Assembly (NCBI GenBank): GCA_023920165.1
Contig: CP089274.1
Span: 124,001 to 188,000 of the forward strand
Direction of reading: 5' to 3'
DNA from: Curvularia clavata
Lineage: Eukaryota
DNA: 64,000 nt
In this document: piece after piece, positions 11,794-24,180 of the stretch
How positions within the stretch are numbered: the stretch's first letter is position 1
Layout of the letters: the number at the start of each line of letters is the position of its first letter
Position numbers and translations under genes: made by a program
The notes under the pieces: model-generated
The model's database searches: none
What the model saw: only the letters and a program-made list of their open reading frames with translations
Told to the model about the DNA's origin: nothing

Positions 11794-12899
11794 CAACATT
11801 GCAGAAGCAAGCAATGCAATAGAAGCGGCTCTTCAACTGTTTCCATAGTCAATCCACGCGTTTTTCCTATCCATCAAGCTCGCAATAATGTGAACAAACT
11901 GTTGTCGTCTCTTGCACAACTTGAAAGAGCCCCAAGCGCCCTGCAGAAGCGAGTGTAAAGCAAAATACCGCCTCATGCCACGTAAGCGCGACGCCGAGTC
12001 AAAAGATTTGAAGTAGGTTGAACCGCTCGCTCAGCTGTCGTGAGCTTGTTCACTAGGCCCCGGCGAATATGTGTAAGGTGGTGTGGAGTAGAAAGGGAAT
12101 TGAAGTGGGTCATGGTCCACATGCGCACACGCGCTACAAGGCAAAGACCTTAAATGGTAAAGTTGAAAACATGCATCTCGTTGACTGAAATTTCTACCTT
12201 ATGCTGAGGACGTCGGGACAAAATGGTAGTAGTTGCTAATGCCTATATTCGCCACCTATTCATCATGTGTGTCAGGTTCAGCAGCTTTATATGTTATGTG
12301 AAATGAACGTCGGATATCATTAGCGCCTGTTGCCGCCAGGAAAGTGAAGGTGATACACGTCTTATTACCATCATAAATCGCCAACTTGACGTCTTGAACT
12401 TTCGGGCATCGCTATCAAACACACCGGTTATTCTCTCATGGTGGCTTCTAATTACCATTCGCAACTGTTATGAAGTAGCTTCGCGATGCCGGCGAGGCAT
12501 GAAGGACATCCAACAAGCATTCAATTTTGTAAGAGTGATGGCTTCAGTACAGCGTAGCCTAAATATCCCCAGCAACCAATTTAGCAACTTATGACGCAGA
12601 CTTATGAAACAGAGCTCTTGTAGGGGATGAGAGGTCGAATCAATTGTGGTATGTGTATTGTAGCTTCAGTTCAGTTTCGGGCGTTGAGTTCACGGACGTC
12701 CAAATGCTGGAAAGGCTTTGGGCTCCTGAGTCTTTAAATTCATTAGTCATTTCCTTTCTTTCGACTCCAAAGGATCGATGTGTTGGCCAACAACACTCCT
12801 GGCCAACTCCTCGCTTCCAAGAGATTTTCCAATGCTGTTTCAGTGTTAATAACGTCAAAAAGAGAAGCATGTCATCATCTGGCCTGAGGATACCCCGCT

Positions 12900-13482
12900 C
12901 GACTGCCTCTGGGAACTGCTCGTGAATTATTGGCCGCTTTCGCAGGTCCAAGTTGGTCATCTAGTGTGAAGGGGAAAACTGTCATTCTGATTGGGGATGC
13001 AGCTAATCCTATGTCTATTTAGACTCTGGTTATTGCCAGCGTGTAAGGTGCTTTTGGCTCGGGGGCTACTTTTGGTCTGCAAGATGCTTGGACATTTGGG
13101 AATGCGCTCGCTCGGCACTTGGAGTCTGGGCCCAAAGACCCTATCTCCAAGGCTTTTGTGGCTTTCGACGCTGCCAGAAGACCATTCTACCAAGAACTGT
13201 GAGTTGATATCTGGCAACTAGTCCTACTTCTCAAAATTACTGACTTTAAGTAGGTGCAGAATTCTAGCCGATATGCGTGCTCGGGGCCAATCAGTAGCCG
13301 AAAGAGATGGATGGGAAGCAAGTTGGGTTGATTTCGCCAAGAGGCATTACAACGAGGCTCTGGATTGGATCTATTATTATGACGTGGAACAAACCCTGAA
13401 CAGACTATCTGAGCAAGATCAAGTTCCCAAGTACGTTAATGAAGGTAGAAAAGCAAGTGCAGTAGTATCTGCGAAAGCTTAA
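12900..13482 (+). pseudogene. Remnant of an FAD-dependent (salicylate hydroxylase-like) monooxygenase, C-terminal part
   Basis: Translates as REL..AFAGP...VILIGDAANPMS / GAFGSGATFGLQDAWTFGNAL...FDAARRPFY...WIYYYD (GD FAD motif, His changed to Asn). The first intron donor is lost, leaving an in-frame TAG at 13020. Intron 13199-13253 is intact. No intact N-terminus seen. Confidence 0.7.
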
Positions 13483-14076
13483 GCGGGGATAGAGCAGAGA
13501 GATTGAAGTTACTTTGTCTTGTTAACTAAAGTCTAACTCAGCTTCCACGTGCCATCGAGCAAGTGCGCGATACGTTCTACCACGACCCTCAAGTGTTCAC
13601 GTATTCCTGTATCATCTGCAGCCATGACCTTGTTATGTACGGTACAACTGTCAATTAGAGCATCAATAGCCAGCGTCTGGGCGATCCGCTTCCACGTTTC
13701 TGGACAGCACGCACACAGTGACAACTAACACACCATTTTCAAGCTATCCAGCTTCACTGCTTCCATTGAAGAGGCAGAGAAGATGGATGTGTACATGATC
13801 TGATGCGAATTAATTACAGTAACTGTAAAGAGCGTCACCCAGAGAGGACAAATAAGATCTTCAGGATGAATCGCAAATCTTCGCTGCTGAATTGATCTTC
13901 CATTCTTTGGCTCCAGGAACAAACAGAAACAGTAGCTGAGGATCTGACAGCGTTGGTCACACTCTGCCCAGACTGGCAAAAAAGTTGGCTGTGAAGAGGA
14001 CATTCACACAGCACAATCCCACGAGCACCCAGCACACCACTAGGCAGCACACCACTAGGACTGCAGGGCAGCAAAA

Positions 14077-14192
14077 TGCATCGGCCGGGAATCGAACCCG
14101 GGGCTAGCCGAAACAGCTCAAGCTGTCCATTGAATTGTATCAATTGAACAGATGAATGGCAACGGCTAATTTTACCACTAAACCACCGATGC
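14077..14192 (-). tRNA. tRNA-Gly(GCC) with a 45-nt intron (about 14112-14156)
   Basis: Minus strand reads GCATCGGTGGTTTAGTGGTAAAATTAGCCGTTGCCA[intron]TCGGCTAGCCCCGGGTTCGATTCCCGGCCGATGCA followed by TTTT. Acceptor stem, A/B boxes and anticodon stem AGCCG/CGGCT are present. Confidence 0.95.
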
Positions 14193-14352
14193 TAGGAACA
14201 AGGTGCTCATGTGACTTGATGGAAGAAAGACGGCCAAAAAAGAATATATTACAAAGCAACTGGACTTCAGCGGCGGTGAGGCATTTGTGTTTTCTCTGGT
14301 CGTGGAGATTGCGTTGTGGGGATGGTCCGCAGAATTCTCGCTTAGGGGCATA

Positions 14353-16492
14353 GCGGGCATGGTCAGTGCGTGAGCATGGTCAGACAATGAGCCACCCCAC
14401 CAAAATGCGCGCCCACCAAAAAACGAAGCTTCTAAGCCCCATACAAAAGCTAATATTGTGAGATTTTTTGGTGGAGTAGTAAGATCATGATATATTTGAT
14501 GGCTGTCTACTTATATTTACTTGGAAGATTGATTTTGCGGCCGCGCGTGGTGGTTTTGGTAGAGGGCTCGGATGGCTGCGGTGCAGACGCACCACCACTC
14601 TGATCATCCGCAACACCACGACGCTTAGCTGTTTTTGATATTTGACTTGATGAAGCTTTTCTTTTGCCTTTATTCCCTCTATCTTGAAGTTTTTTTGGTG
14701 TTGCAGCAACGCGTTCTTGTTGTTTTTGAGCCCGGGCAGCCGCGAGTTGCGCAGCCTTCGCCTCCCGCTCCTTTACTCGTGCCTCCCGTGCTAACTGTCG
14801 GGCTTCTTTTGCTTCTGCTGCAATCCTTTTTTTATAGGCAGTAGCAGCAGCTTTAATCTCTTTTTGCTCTTGTTTTCGGATTTTTTCTGCCTTAGCTTCT
14901 TGTTGTTTTGCGTGTTTACGAGCCCGAGCTTCTTGTACTGAGTGAGGACTCCACACTACCGCCAAACTTTGATACTCTTGGTGCTGCTGAAGATCTAGAA
15001 CTGGATTGTGCTTTTTCTTCTGTTTTTTGGCGTTTATTTCACTGCGTAACTCCTCGTTTTCATGGTGGAGTAGCGCATTTCTGACCTGAAGTGAATGGAG
15101 TGCCTGTTTTAGCTCTTTGGCTTCAACTTTTGACTTATCTGGGACAGCAGCGTCGTACAACTTAGACAGCTGTCTCTAAGTTTCCCCGTCTCTATGCTCT
15201 CTAACTTCTGTATCTATATCTTGTTGTGGTGTTGAGATTTTGAAGCGTTGGAGTATAACTTCTGGATTGAGTGGATGAACTCCAGTAGCCGCAAAGCTGC
15301 TTGTAATATTCTTAAATGTGAAAGTCGACGTATATGCCGCCCAAAATAAGCTTATAAAGTCACTTTTTTGCACGCGCAGTAACCCCTGACAGCGGCGGAG
15401 GAAGTCGGATAGTTTATTCGAGTAAGCTGTCGACAGAGGAGAATATAACACCACGTCGAGTGGCTGAAGACTGTGAGTCGTATGGGGGGGAAAGATTGCA
15501 ATCAGGATTCGATGGGAGTTGCAGTAATCGATGAAGGATGGAGTAACGTGGCTTCTATGGCCGTCGAGCAGAAGAAGTCTGTAGTCTCGTTTTGCTTTCC
15601 CTTTTGTCTTCTGGTCAAACACCTGTTTAACCTAAGCCTTTCCTAGCTTATTGTTACTCCAGCCAGACTCAGTTGTAGAGCAAAAAACCTTGTGTTTATC
15701 TACCTCTAAGTCCTGTATCCATCGCTCGCGAAGACCGATATTTCTTTTGAAGATAATCGTAGGATTAATCCAGCTCCCATTAGCACAGATATAAGCTAAA
15801 ACTGTTATCCACTCTCTGCTACCATCTTGCAAGGCTGCTGTAACTTTCTTTTGGTCTTAAAGTTGTTTTGAAAACACTCTTTTAGACCTTTCTGCAACCC
15901 CAAGAAGGAACCCCTTCTTATCCATATTATAAATATTGTGTGGCTCTACGTTATACTGAGCGATCTTAGCACGAAGGAGTTCGAAATACGATTGGTAACT
16001 ATCAATATTATTAGCTTGGTGACGCTCCTGATCAATCCCAGTCACAAATTTAGTAGTAAGATGATCGCGGTGTCGACGAAGAAATTAGGAAATCCAGCTG
16101 TCCGAAGGCTCCCATTCTGTAATGACTGATACGTAGTTTTTAATTATGGATCTAGTGGGTGGAAGAGCACGCTCAGTTAAGTCATGTATATATTTTATAA
16201 GCTCGGATTCTTGTGGTGGACTGAGTAGTTGGCGTTGGTGTGTCGCGTCGTCACGTGACTGAGTTTTGTTTTGGTGTCTCCGCGCCAACGTATTGCGGTT
16301 AACACTAAAGATTTTTGCAGCTTTACGGTACGAGATTTGTCCTTCTGGGCCTTGCGAATCGATTGCTGCAATCGCTTTTGAAATCGGATCTATGGTGGTG
16401 GAGTTATGTGGTGTTGAAGATAATGGATTACTATGCTACTTTTGGTGGGGTGGCTCATTGTCTGACCATGCTCACGCACTGACCATGCCCGG
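14353..16492 (-). mobile_element. Full-length pogo/Fot1-type (Tc1/mariner) DNA transposon, RIP-inactivated
   Basis: TIRs of about 53 bp at 14353-14405 and 16440-16492 (only the outermost base differs), TA target duplication at 14351-2 and 16493-4, and a DDE_1 transposase on the minus strand. Confidence 0.95.
14507..16392 (-). pseudogene. Pogo/Fot1 transposase (HTH-CENPB + DDE_1), disrupted by RIP
   Basis: Motifs NIYNMDKKGF, SREWITVL, SGWSNN, LLLLDGHRSH, FPPHTTHSLQPLDV. Start codon appears as ATA (16390-2) and there are in-frame stops at Trp/Gln-type positions (near 15176, 15632, 15857, 16085). Confidence 0.9.
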
Positions 16493-17368
16493 TACAAGGC
16501 TGTCGGTCGCGAGGTTAGCCGCATGTGCTCCCACCTAGGAACAGTTGAGAAGAACTGCACATGCAGTATTGCGAGACGACGTTCTGTTAGCCAGGAATTG
16601 TTCTGAGGCATACCGGGCTAGATGCAACAAGATGGTGAATTGCTCTTCCTGAGCTACTGAACACCATGGTCACATCGGATGGACGGTAACGCGCCAGGAT
16701 TATCTTTGGGGTATTGGATTTCCGCAAGCTCCATCTTTTCGTTCGTCAAAATCGTTTCGGCTGAGAAGGATTCTACTACAAGGGGTTTGTATTTCAACAT
16801 TGTTCCTGATGAGTTGTTCAGTAAATTAAAGGGGCTTGACATTCGGGTCTCTGTTGTTTGTTACTAGGACAGGGCTTTGTGACAGAAGCCTGATGAAAGC
16901 CTGACGATGACAAGATGTGAAATACGACTGTGTGCATATGATCCAATAGCCATGGGTCGTACTCAATCATCGATGAGTGGGCAAAGCTTACCTGTCTCCT
17001 TATACTACATAGTAAGTTATCGCACTATGTCCCGCTATCCTCGTCCGATAAGGACTGGAACCATGGATATATGCGCTAGACTTGCCTAGAGTAATAACAA
17101 TAGGTAAGAGGGCTTATTGATATACAGTAAAATGCACAAGGTGAGAGAGCGCAATGCGTAAGGTGAGGGAATGTACAATCAAGATGATGTAACGTGGGTG
17201 AATGGGATATTAGCGCGCATTCCCAAATGGGTATGTTGAGGGACCACCATCCCTCTAACAACGTTAAATGAACACCAACATTGTCGCGCTACTGTCCACA
17301 ACTTCCAACTTCACCCCAAAGCCTTTTGAGTTCGATACGCATTGGTCGCGCTGCACAAGTAACGCGAC

Positions 17369-18521
17369 ATGCCGCTCAAAGTCAAGAATGCGCGCAGTGC
17401 CAGTCGCAAGGTCGCGCCAGCGGAGGAACCCCCTATCACATCGCCCACAAAGAAGAGAGACCGGCCAGCAGAAGCTGATGTGGATGACGCGGTTCAAGAT
17501 GCTACAGAATCCCCGAGAAAACGCGGTAGACCCGCCAAAGCCACGACTGAGGACGTTTCCGAATCGACGAAACGCGGTCGCGGTCGCAAAGGCCGCAGAT
17601 ATTGCAGAGATCGGAAAAGAGTCATTGACAGCGCCTCGAGGTCGTCCTCGTAAAGAGGTCGTCGCTGAACTGGCGCAAACTCCTCGAGGACGTGGTCGTC
17701 CCCCCAAATCTCAGGGACTCGATTTGAAGACGGTCGCTGGCTCTCCTCGTGTTAGTAAATGGGCTGCGGCTGGATCCAAGCCAACAGAGCCTGTTGCTGT
17801 CGCCGCTCGTCTCAACCCGCGCACACGCACTAAGCGTGTTCCACCAGCGAAGGTGTCAAAGGAAAAGTCTACTCTAAAACCAGCCAGGCGCGGTCGGCCA
17901 CCGAAGACGGCAGCAAAAGCACCTGCTACTAAAAAGGCTGTTGGCCGCAAAGCTGCTGAGACCACAGACTCGAAGCCTACCAAGCCTACCAAGCCCGCAA
18001 AGCCTGTGGCCCTCCGCAAGATGCGTGGCCACACTTTGCGCCAGATCCCAGATAAGTTCGTCGCCCAGGTCGATCAGTACCTATATGATCTGATGCAGGG
18101 TGACACCAACTCTTCCCCTGCAGAACACGATCAGGATCAAGAACGCAACATGGAGGACGAGGCTGATGTAGACGGCAACGAAAATCTGGAGCCGACTAGC
18201 GCATCCACTGGGGACCAGGACCAAGAAGAGGCTGCACAAGATGCAGGTACCGAGTCTGCGCATGCGCAAGACGGTGTAGTGGACCAGTATCCGGACAATG
18301 CGGCCAATGAAGGCGAAATTGCTCTGGATGAGAGTGGAGAACCAGAACAAGACATGCAGTCCGAGCTTAACGAAGAGTTTACCGCTGCGGACGATGAGAA
18401 CGAAGATGAGATTGTCGTCCCTGCAGACGCGATTGATATGCCCGTTGTGGATTATGAAAACCGAGCCGGGCTGCCACTGATGGAGAAATATGCTCACGAG
18501 ACCCTAGTGGCCGCTACATAA
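17369..18521 (+). CDS. Multi-AT-hook protein with acidic C-terminal tail (HMGA-like architecture); frameshift near 17588
   Basis: ATG 17369 frame gives RKRGRPAK and KRGRGR. The continuation (PRGRPRK, GRGRPPK, RRGRPPK, acidic tail) lies in another frame from about 17589, with no intron signals between. Confidence 0.65.
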
Positions 18522-19838
18522 CCGAGTAGCGGATACTTTCTCTTACTTCACCTTCATCATCATTCACGTCGGGTTAGGCTAGGCTTGTAGCTTGCCAGAA
18601 ATTCCCATGCTGTCTTGTATGTATCGGCAATTGGAATGCAAGAAACTTGCATCCTCCTCTCCGTATTGCGACCTACATGTATTCCAAAGCTTGACAAGTG
18701 TAGCATGCTGAGATGGACCCTCCTATGGCCAATGCAACAGATCAGAGCTTGGCTATTTTCTCGACTAATAGTTACAGCAAAACAAAACATCAGGACATTT
18801 CTTTTGCCAAAACCTGTATCACACGAGGCTGAAAAGAACCCGAACGCCGTTTCATCTTATCATTTCTTCTGCCTTTAGAATTAATTGGTCTCGAGTGCGA
18901 ACCACCTGTCGTCTCAATACGCTAGTGCGGCTGGCGTTGCTCCCTCAGCCTCCGGCGCCTCCAACCGGTTCCCGCAAGGACACGTCCGCTGGGGAAAATT
19001 AACTTTTAGTATGCATATGTACTTCAAAAAGCCAACGTCATCCCATCACTAGACCAATTTGGCGCTGCTCCAACGACGTATCTCGAGACTACCATGGCCC
19101 CTCCATCGTGGCTAGCGATGTCTGATTACGTGCACACTGTCGTTCCCAAATAGGGTTCGTGTTGAAACCACAAAAGCAAGTGACGACTGAGCAGCCCTTT
19201 GTCAGTGGCTGCATCTGGCTTGTCTGTCCACATATGATCAGCGGGGTGCAGCATCGCGTTCTCCGGCCCCGGTGATCTACCCGCGCTTGGCGTATCTCAA
19301 CAATGAGACCCGCTAATCGTCACTGCGACCCGCTTACATTGCATGGGTCCGCTTGTGTAGACCAGGACTACGGATTCCGTCTTGTCAGTGGCTGTCCATG
19401 ACGAGCTGAGATTCTCTTTATGGCCTACCCCACTTCTTACGTCGCCGACATGTCTACGAAACAGATCCATTTTCGGATGCGCCATGTCAAGCTTCTGCAT
19501 GTGCTTGCCCAGGGCTTGTCCAGAAAAAGCGAGTTGCGTTGAGCCATCAGCTGCTATGGCTACTGAATTCTGCCAGACGCAATGCGCTCCCTGCGTCATG
19601 CACGCCAATCGTTCTCCGCTCTGTAATAATCTTCAAGCAGTCGATGCGTCAAATGATGGGCTTGCTATTGCCACAGGTGTATCAATGTGACATCTAAAGA
19701 CTATTGTTTTAGTCCATTCTCAATTTGGTCAGTGTCAGGACGATTAGCATAAGTATCGCCGCATTTTTGCCTTGTCCGCTTCCACAATCGCAACTTTCTC
19801 ATCTCTCCTTCTTAGTTTTCATATATCCATTTGCAGTC

Positions 19839-21797
19839 ATGACCGACACATTTCCAACCGACAATGACATGACCCCAGAGAAGCTTACGGTCATGAAGCT
19901 TCGTGCTTCTGGTCTAGGTCGGGACATCATGTCTGAGCCTTCATCACCTACAGGCAATCGCTCCTTTTCCTTCGGGAGCCAAGCCAACGGTCAAAGCAGC
20001 TCACTCACGACACGTCGATCCTACCGCCAACTCAATGGATCCTCTCGCCGTTCAAGCAGCTTCCTTCAATCACATCGCAGCAAGATGTCTAGCGAGCTCA
20101 CGGCCCAAGCGGATGGAAAAGTTTTTGCAGTCATGGACCTCATTGCGAGCGCTTCTCGTGAGGCTGCATCCCTGAAAGAGTCGTGGGCACGCATCTTGTC
20201 CGAGCGCGATGCTCTCTTGCGCGAGAGAGACGAACTCATGGTTACAGTAGAGGAGATCACAGAAGAAGTTCAGCGCAAGGAAGCTGAGCACACACACCAC
20301 GGTCACGAACATGGCGAGAGGAAGAGACAGGTAGAGAAACTCATCCTTGAGCTCACAGCTGTAGTTGCCCAAGTTTCAGAACACAAGAAAAAGCTTGCTG
20401 AGCGCGACCGTGCTCTGGAACTCGTACGCCATGAGTTAAGCGAGCACCAAGCCTCGACTGCTCTTACTATTGGTGAGCATGAGAGGACTCGGTCAGAGCT
20501 TGAGGCTGCATTCGCAAGGCTGAAGATCTGCGAGGGCGAGCGCGACGCTGCCCGATTCGATTCGGACAAGCATCACAATGAAATTCGGACTCTTCTCCGT
20601 GAACACACTGAGCTCAAGAGCAAGTACGAAGAAACGACGTCCAAGTTTGATCTCACTCGCAAGGAACTCATTACGGTCAATGAGCGCATCAAGTTGTTTG
20701 AGATTGAGCGCGATGAGCACCTTCATGACAAGGACCGTCTGAACGAGGAGCTCAAGCGTGCGAGGTCTAGGGTTGAAGAGTCGAGTCGAGAGTTCACTGA
20801 ACTTACGGAGAACCACGATCGCGTGCAGCGAGAACTCCACAAGCTCAAGGAGACTCTCCGCAGTGTTGAATCTGAGCGCGATGACTTTTCCTTTGTAATT
20901 GAGAACTTGCGCCGCGAGGTCAAGGCAAAGATCGTTGCATGCGAGGAAGCCGATGCTCGAGCTAATGATTTCTCACTGAAGCACGAACACGTCAAGCGCG
21001 AGGTTGTTTCTATCAAAGAGAAGCTCCGAGATGTGGAACTGGACCGCACGGAACTTACAAATTCTCTTGACCGCTCGCGTGAAGACCACCGCCTTATCGT
21101 CATTGAGCGCGAACAGCTCAAGCAAGATGTTCATGACGAGCGTCGCAAGGTCGAAGAAGGTCGCCGTCGCATCAACATTCTGGAAGAGTCGCTGCGCCGC
21201 TCAGAGCAGTCAATAACCGAGATCAAGTCCGAGGTTCATACCCTGACCGAGCGCAACAGAGTGCTTCATCGGGATGGTGAAGATGCTCGCATCAAGCACG
21301 GCCATCTCACAACCGAGATTTCCAGCCTCCAGGAACAGCTTACTCTTCTTCAAACTGAGATTACAAACCTGAAGTACGAGCGTGATCGCGCACACTCTGA
21401 CCTCAATGCTTGGAAGCACAAATACGAAGAGATCACCGAGACGGTCACTTCATACGAGGACTCTTCCGCCGAGTTCGAATTCGAAATCACTTCTCTGCGC
21501 AACTTGCTAAGCGACGCTCGCGAACAAAAGGAGCGCGCAATCTTGGCTCGCCAAGCTGCTGACCGCGAGCGTGACGAGTACATTTCCAAGTACGAGGAAA
21601 AGTGCCGCGAAATGGAGCGCTTCGAGGAAACCGCCAGCAGCGTGTACCACGCACATAGCAGTGCGGGTGGCGGACGCATGGGCAGCAAAACAACCATCAC
21701 AAGAGTCGCGAGTGGCGGTACCACGATCCACAATCACGATGCGAGTAAGTCCAAAACCCATGAGCACACCGAAGGGAGTTCTTTGTTCGGATCATGA
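19839..21797 (+). CDS. Long coiled-coil protein (myosin-tail/tropomyosin-like), about 652 aa
   Basis: Single long ORF with likely ATG at 19839; S-rich N-terminus followed by about 500 aa of E/K/R/L heptad-rich sequence. Confidence 0.85.
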   Translation: MTDTFPTDNDMTPEKLTVMKLRASGLGRDIMSEPSSPTGNRSFSFGSQANGQSSSLTTRRSYRQLNGSSRRSSSFLQSHRSKMSSELTAQADGKVFAVMDLIASASREAASLKESWARILSERDALLRERDELMVTVEEITEEVQRKEAEHTHHGHEHGERKRQVEKLILELTAVVAQVSEHKKKLAERDRALELVRHELSEHQASTALTIGEHERTRSELEAAFARLKICEGERDAARFDSDKHHNEIRTLLREHTELKSKYEETTSKFDLTRKELITVNERIKLFEIERDEHLHDKDRLNEELKRARSRVEESSREFTELTENHDRVQRELHKLKETLRSVESERDDFSFVIENLRREVKAKIVACEEADARANDFSLKHEHVKREVVSIKEKLRDVELDRTELTNSLDRSREDHRLIVIEREQLKQDVHDERRKVEEGRRRINILEESLRRSEQSITEIKSEVHTLTERNRVLHRDGEDARIKHGHLTTEISSLQEQLTLLQTEITNLKYERDRAHSDLNAWKHKYEEITETVTSYEDSSAEFEFEITSLRNLLSDAREQKERAILARQAADRERDEYISKYEEKCREMERFEETASSVYHAHSSAGGGRMGSKTTITRVASGGTTIHNHDASKSKTHEHTEGSSLFGS

Positions 21798-22199
21798 AAG
21801 TGAGACAAACAATCGTGAGCTGGAAAAATTTGGATTACATTGTTACACCTACTGGCGGAGATTGAGCAAGGAGGTCATGGCGCGAGGTAGCATTTTTGAG
21901 GTTTCAGGACCGCCGCCGAAGCCAAAACTGCGTTTTGCGAATAGCCCTGTGGTCATTTCCAAGGACGCTGTTGAAGGAGACGTTGAGTATTGGGCTTATT
22001 TCGACGATGACGAGTGGGTGAAATTGGATGCGTGGTAGTTGGAGATGTTTCTACACAAAAGTCGAGTAATTAATCTATTTCCTTTATTTGAGTTTTAGAT
22101 GTAGCGGCAGTTATCACGGCTACGTATTATCTCGACGTTGATAACTTGTTATCGTGAGAAAGATACAGATTGTGTTTGGTATACCAACAGGAAGAAATT

Positions 22200-23585
22200 C
22201 TCCATATTACGCTATTCATTTAATAATATCTTTACTACTCGTCAATGACTCCTATTCCTACAACTTGTCGTTATAACTCTTACTCTCGCTATCCTTATTC
22301 TTATCCTAAACAATCCTACGAGTATTGATTTTCCACAGATTCCATTGAAATTGTTTAGCGTTTTGCCTTGATCCACCTTAGAACTCCATTTCACTCCCCA
22401 AAGCGCCAAATCCTCTCTGTAAAATCGGCGCATAGAACGGTTGCACTGATGCTGGCCATCTAGTGATTGGCTTGATCTGAGAAAACAGGTCAAAAGCACA
22501 AGTGCATCTGGACCGAATAAAAGTGTGATAGCAGCACACAGTACAAAAATCTTTGCCAGGCTCCTTCACACATTTGTTGCTGCCAATTCTGAGAACGCAT
22601 ATATCGCACTTCTTTCGCCAACTCTATCTGTACTTCTCCATTACGTCATCTAGAAGATTGAGGGGTAATATCTATGTGAAAGAGGTATAGAGAATCGTAG
22701 CCAACGTGACCAAATATCTAGCGTGGTTACCTTATAATTTACTAGATACTAGTATCTTAAAGCTATATAGATATAAGGCGTGAGCTTTCTAGACATATTA
22801 GTTTAAGACTTAATTTCTAGAGGAAATAATTAATATAGACTTTAGGGACGTTTATTAGAAACTCCGCGTATATTTTATATTAATTTAAATTTTATTTATT
22901 AGAGGTATCTTTCCCTAGACGTAGCCTTTCTAATAGAACTCAATGTTGAAGTAATAGGTGGCTGCTAGTACTACTAGTAGTAGACTTAGACAGCCTGATC
23001 GAGAGACTCTAGATAGACGAGAGATTGCTAGGGGAGAGAGTTGATGGACACGATTGACTTTGTATAAACTGCTCTGGTTTCTATCTACTAGCTATTCTAC
23101 TACTATATATATTGGCTGGAGTAGATTCTAGAAGAATCTATCTAGTAGTAGCTTGCGTAATCTTTAGCGTCATAGACAGATGTCTATAGATCGATTATAG
23201 TCTTGACAGATCGACTATAGACTAAGTTGATTCTGGGTGTAGAAGTACGCACCCAGATACTGTAGATTAGCTGACTAGCTTAGATCTACAACACTCAAGT
23301 CTATTAGAATTCTAATATCGTTAGAGGTAATGACCCCGGATATCTATAGGGCGATCTCGAAGACTAAGTTGCTATAGTCTAGCATAGACTGGTAAACGGG
23401 TATTGACCCACTTTTCTTCTTTCATCAATATCTCATCAAAGACTAGTCCAAATCGAGTAATTCTGACGTCATTTTAATGCCCTAAGCTAGCGCATTCTAT
23501 CATGTAATATAAAGCTAAGCCGTATCTAGCTTAGTTTAAAAGTTATTTAATAGCCCGTTTGTGAGCCCTAGGGCTGGGTTATGAG
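22200..23585. other. AT-rich RIP-degenerate region (left part of the TE island)
   Basis: Strong TpA excess and no long ORFs; hosts solo LTR A. Confidence 0.6.
22944..23293 (+). mobile_element. Solo LTR A (350 bp) of a second LTR-retrotransposon family
   Basis: TGTTG...CAACA termini with a 5-bp TSD CTCAA on both sides (22939-43 and 23294-98); TATA-like TATATATA near 23104. Confidence 0.9.
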
Positions 23586-23614
23586 TGTAACCATGCATAG
23601 ACCAAAACATACCC
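23586..23614 (+). repeat. 29-bp extra copy of the Gypsy LTR 5' end, immediately before the copy-1 LTR
   Basis: TGTAACCATGCATAGACCAAAACATACCC at 23586-23614 is repeated at 23615-23643. Confidence 0.9.
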
Positions 23615-24180
23615 TGTAACCATGCATAGACCAAAACATACCCCAGCCAGGGCAGCTTATCAAGATCCGATTGAGAGCCGGGTCAGACCCGATGAAGACC
23701 CGCACCCAGGTATAAGTACCAGGTACCTTCCATAGATGTTCGGTAGATTTTTGATATCCTTTCGTACCAGGCCTATGAGTGTCTACCGAATCCAAGGTGT
23801 TTCTGCTGTCCCACGCACTTCCATATGCATTTGAGTGACACTTCCCACCGGAACCGATTCGACTAGTCTTGCTCGCGCCGTTACATTATATCAAAAATCT
23901 CGTCCCAGCCGGTGACGGCCTTCAAAACAATATCGCAGCTTGTTTGTTGAGACCGCGCCCAAGCCCAAGTCCCTCCGGAACCGCTCCGGATACTTCACAC
24001 CGTTACGTCCCACATTCACACACAGGCGGGATCCCTTCGATCTCCCGCCGACCGAAGCCTTTGGGTTTGGACCTCCTGTACTGATTGCAGTCAGGTTAAC
24101 TTCGGAGAAGTCGCGTAGATTGCGCCAAGGTAGAGACTCGGAGACTACCAAAAACCCATCAGCCACGAAGACAACCGTCG

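Noticed and set aside
21878..22038. 53-aa ORF MARGSIFEVSG...WVKLDAW after the coiled-coil gene
   Set aside because: Probably 3' UTR; no independent evidence of coding.
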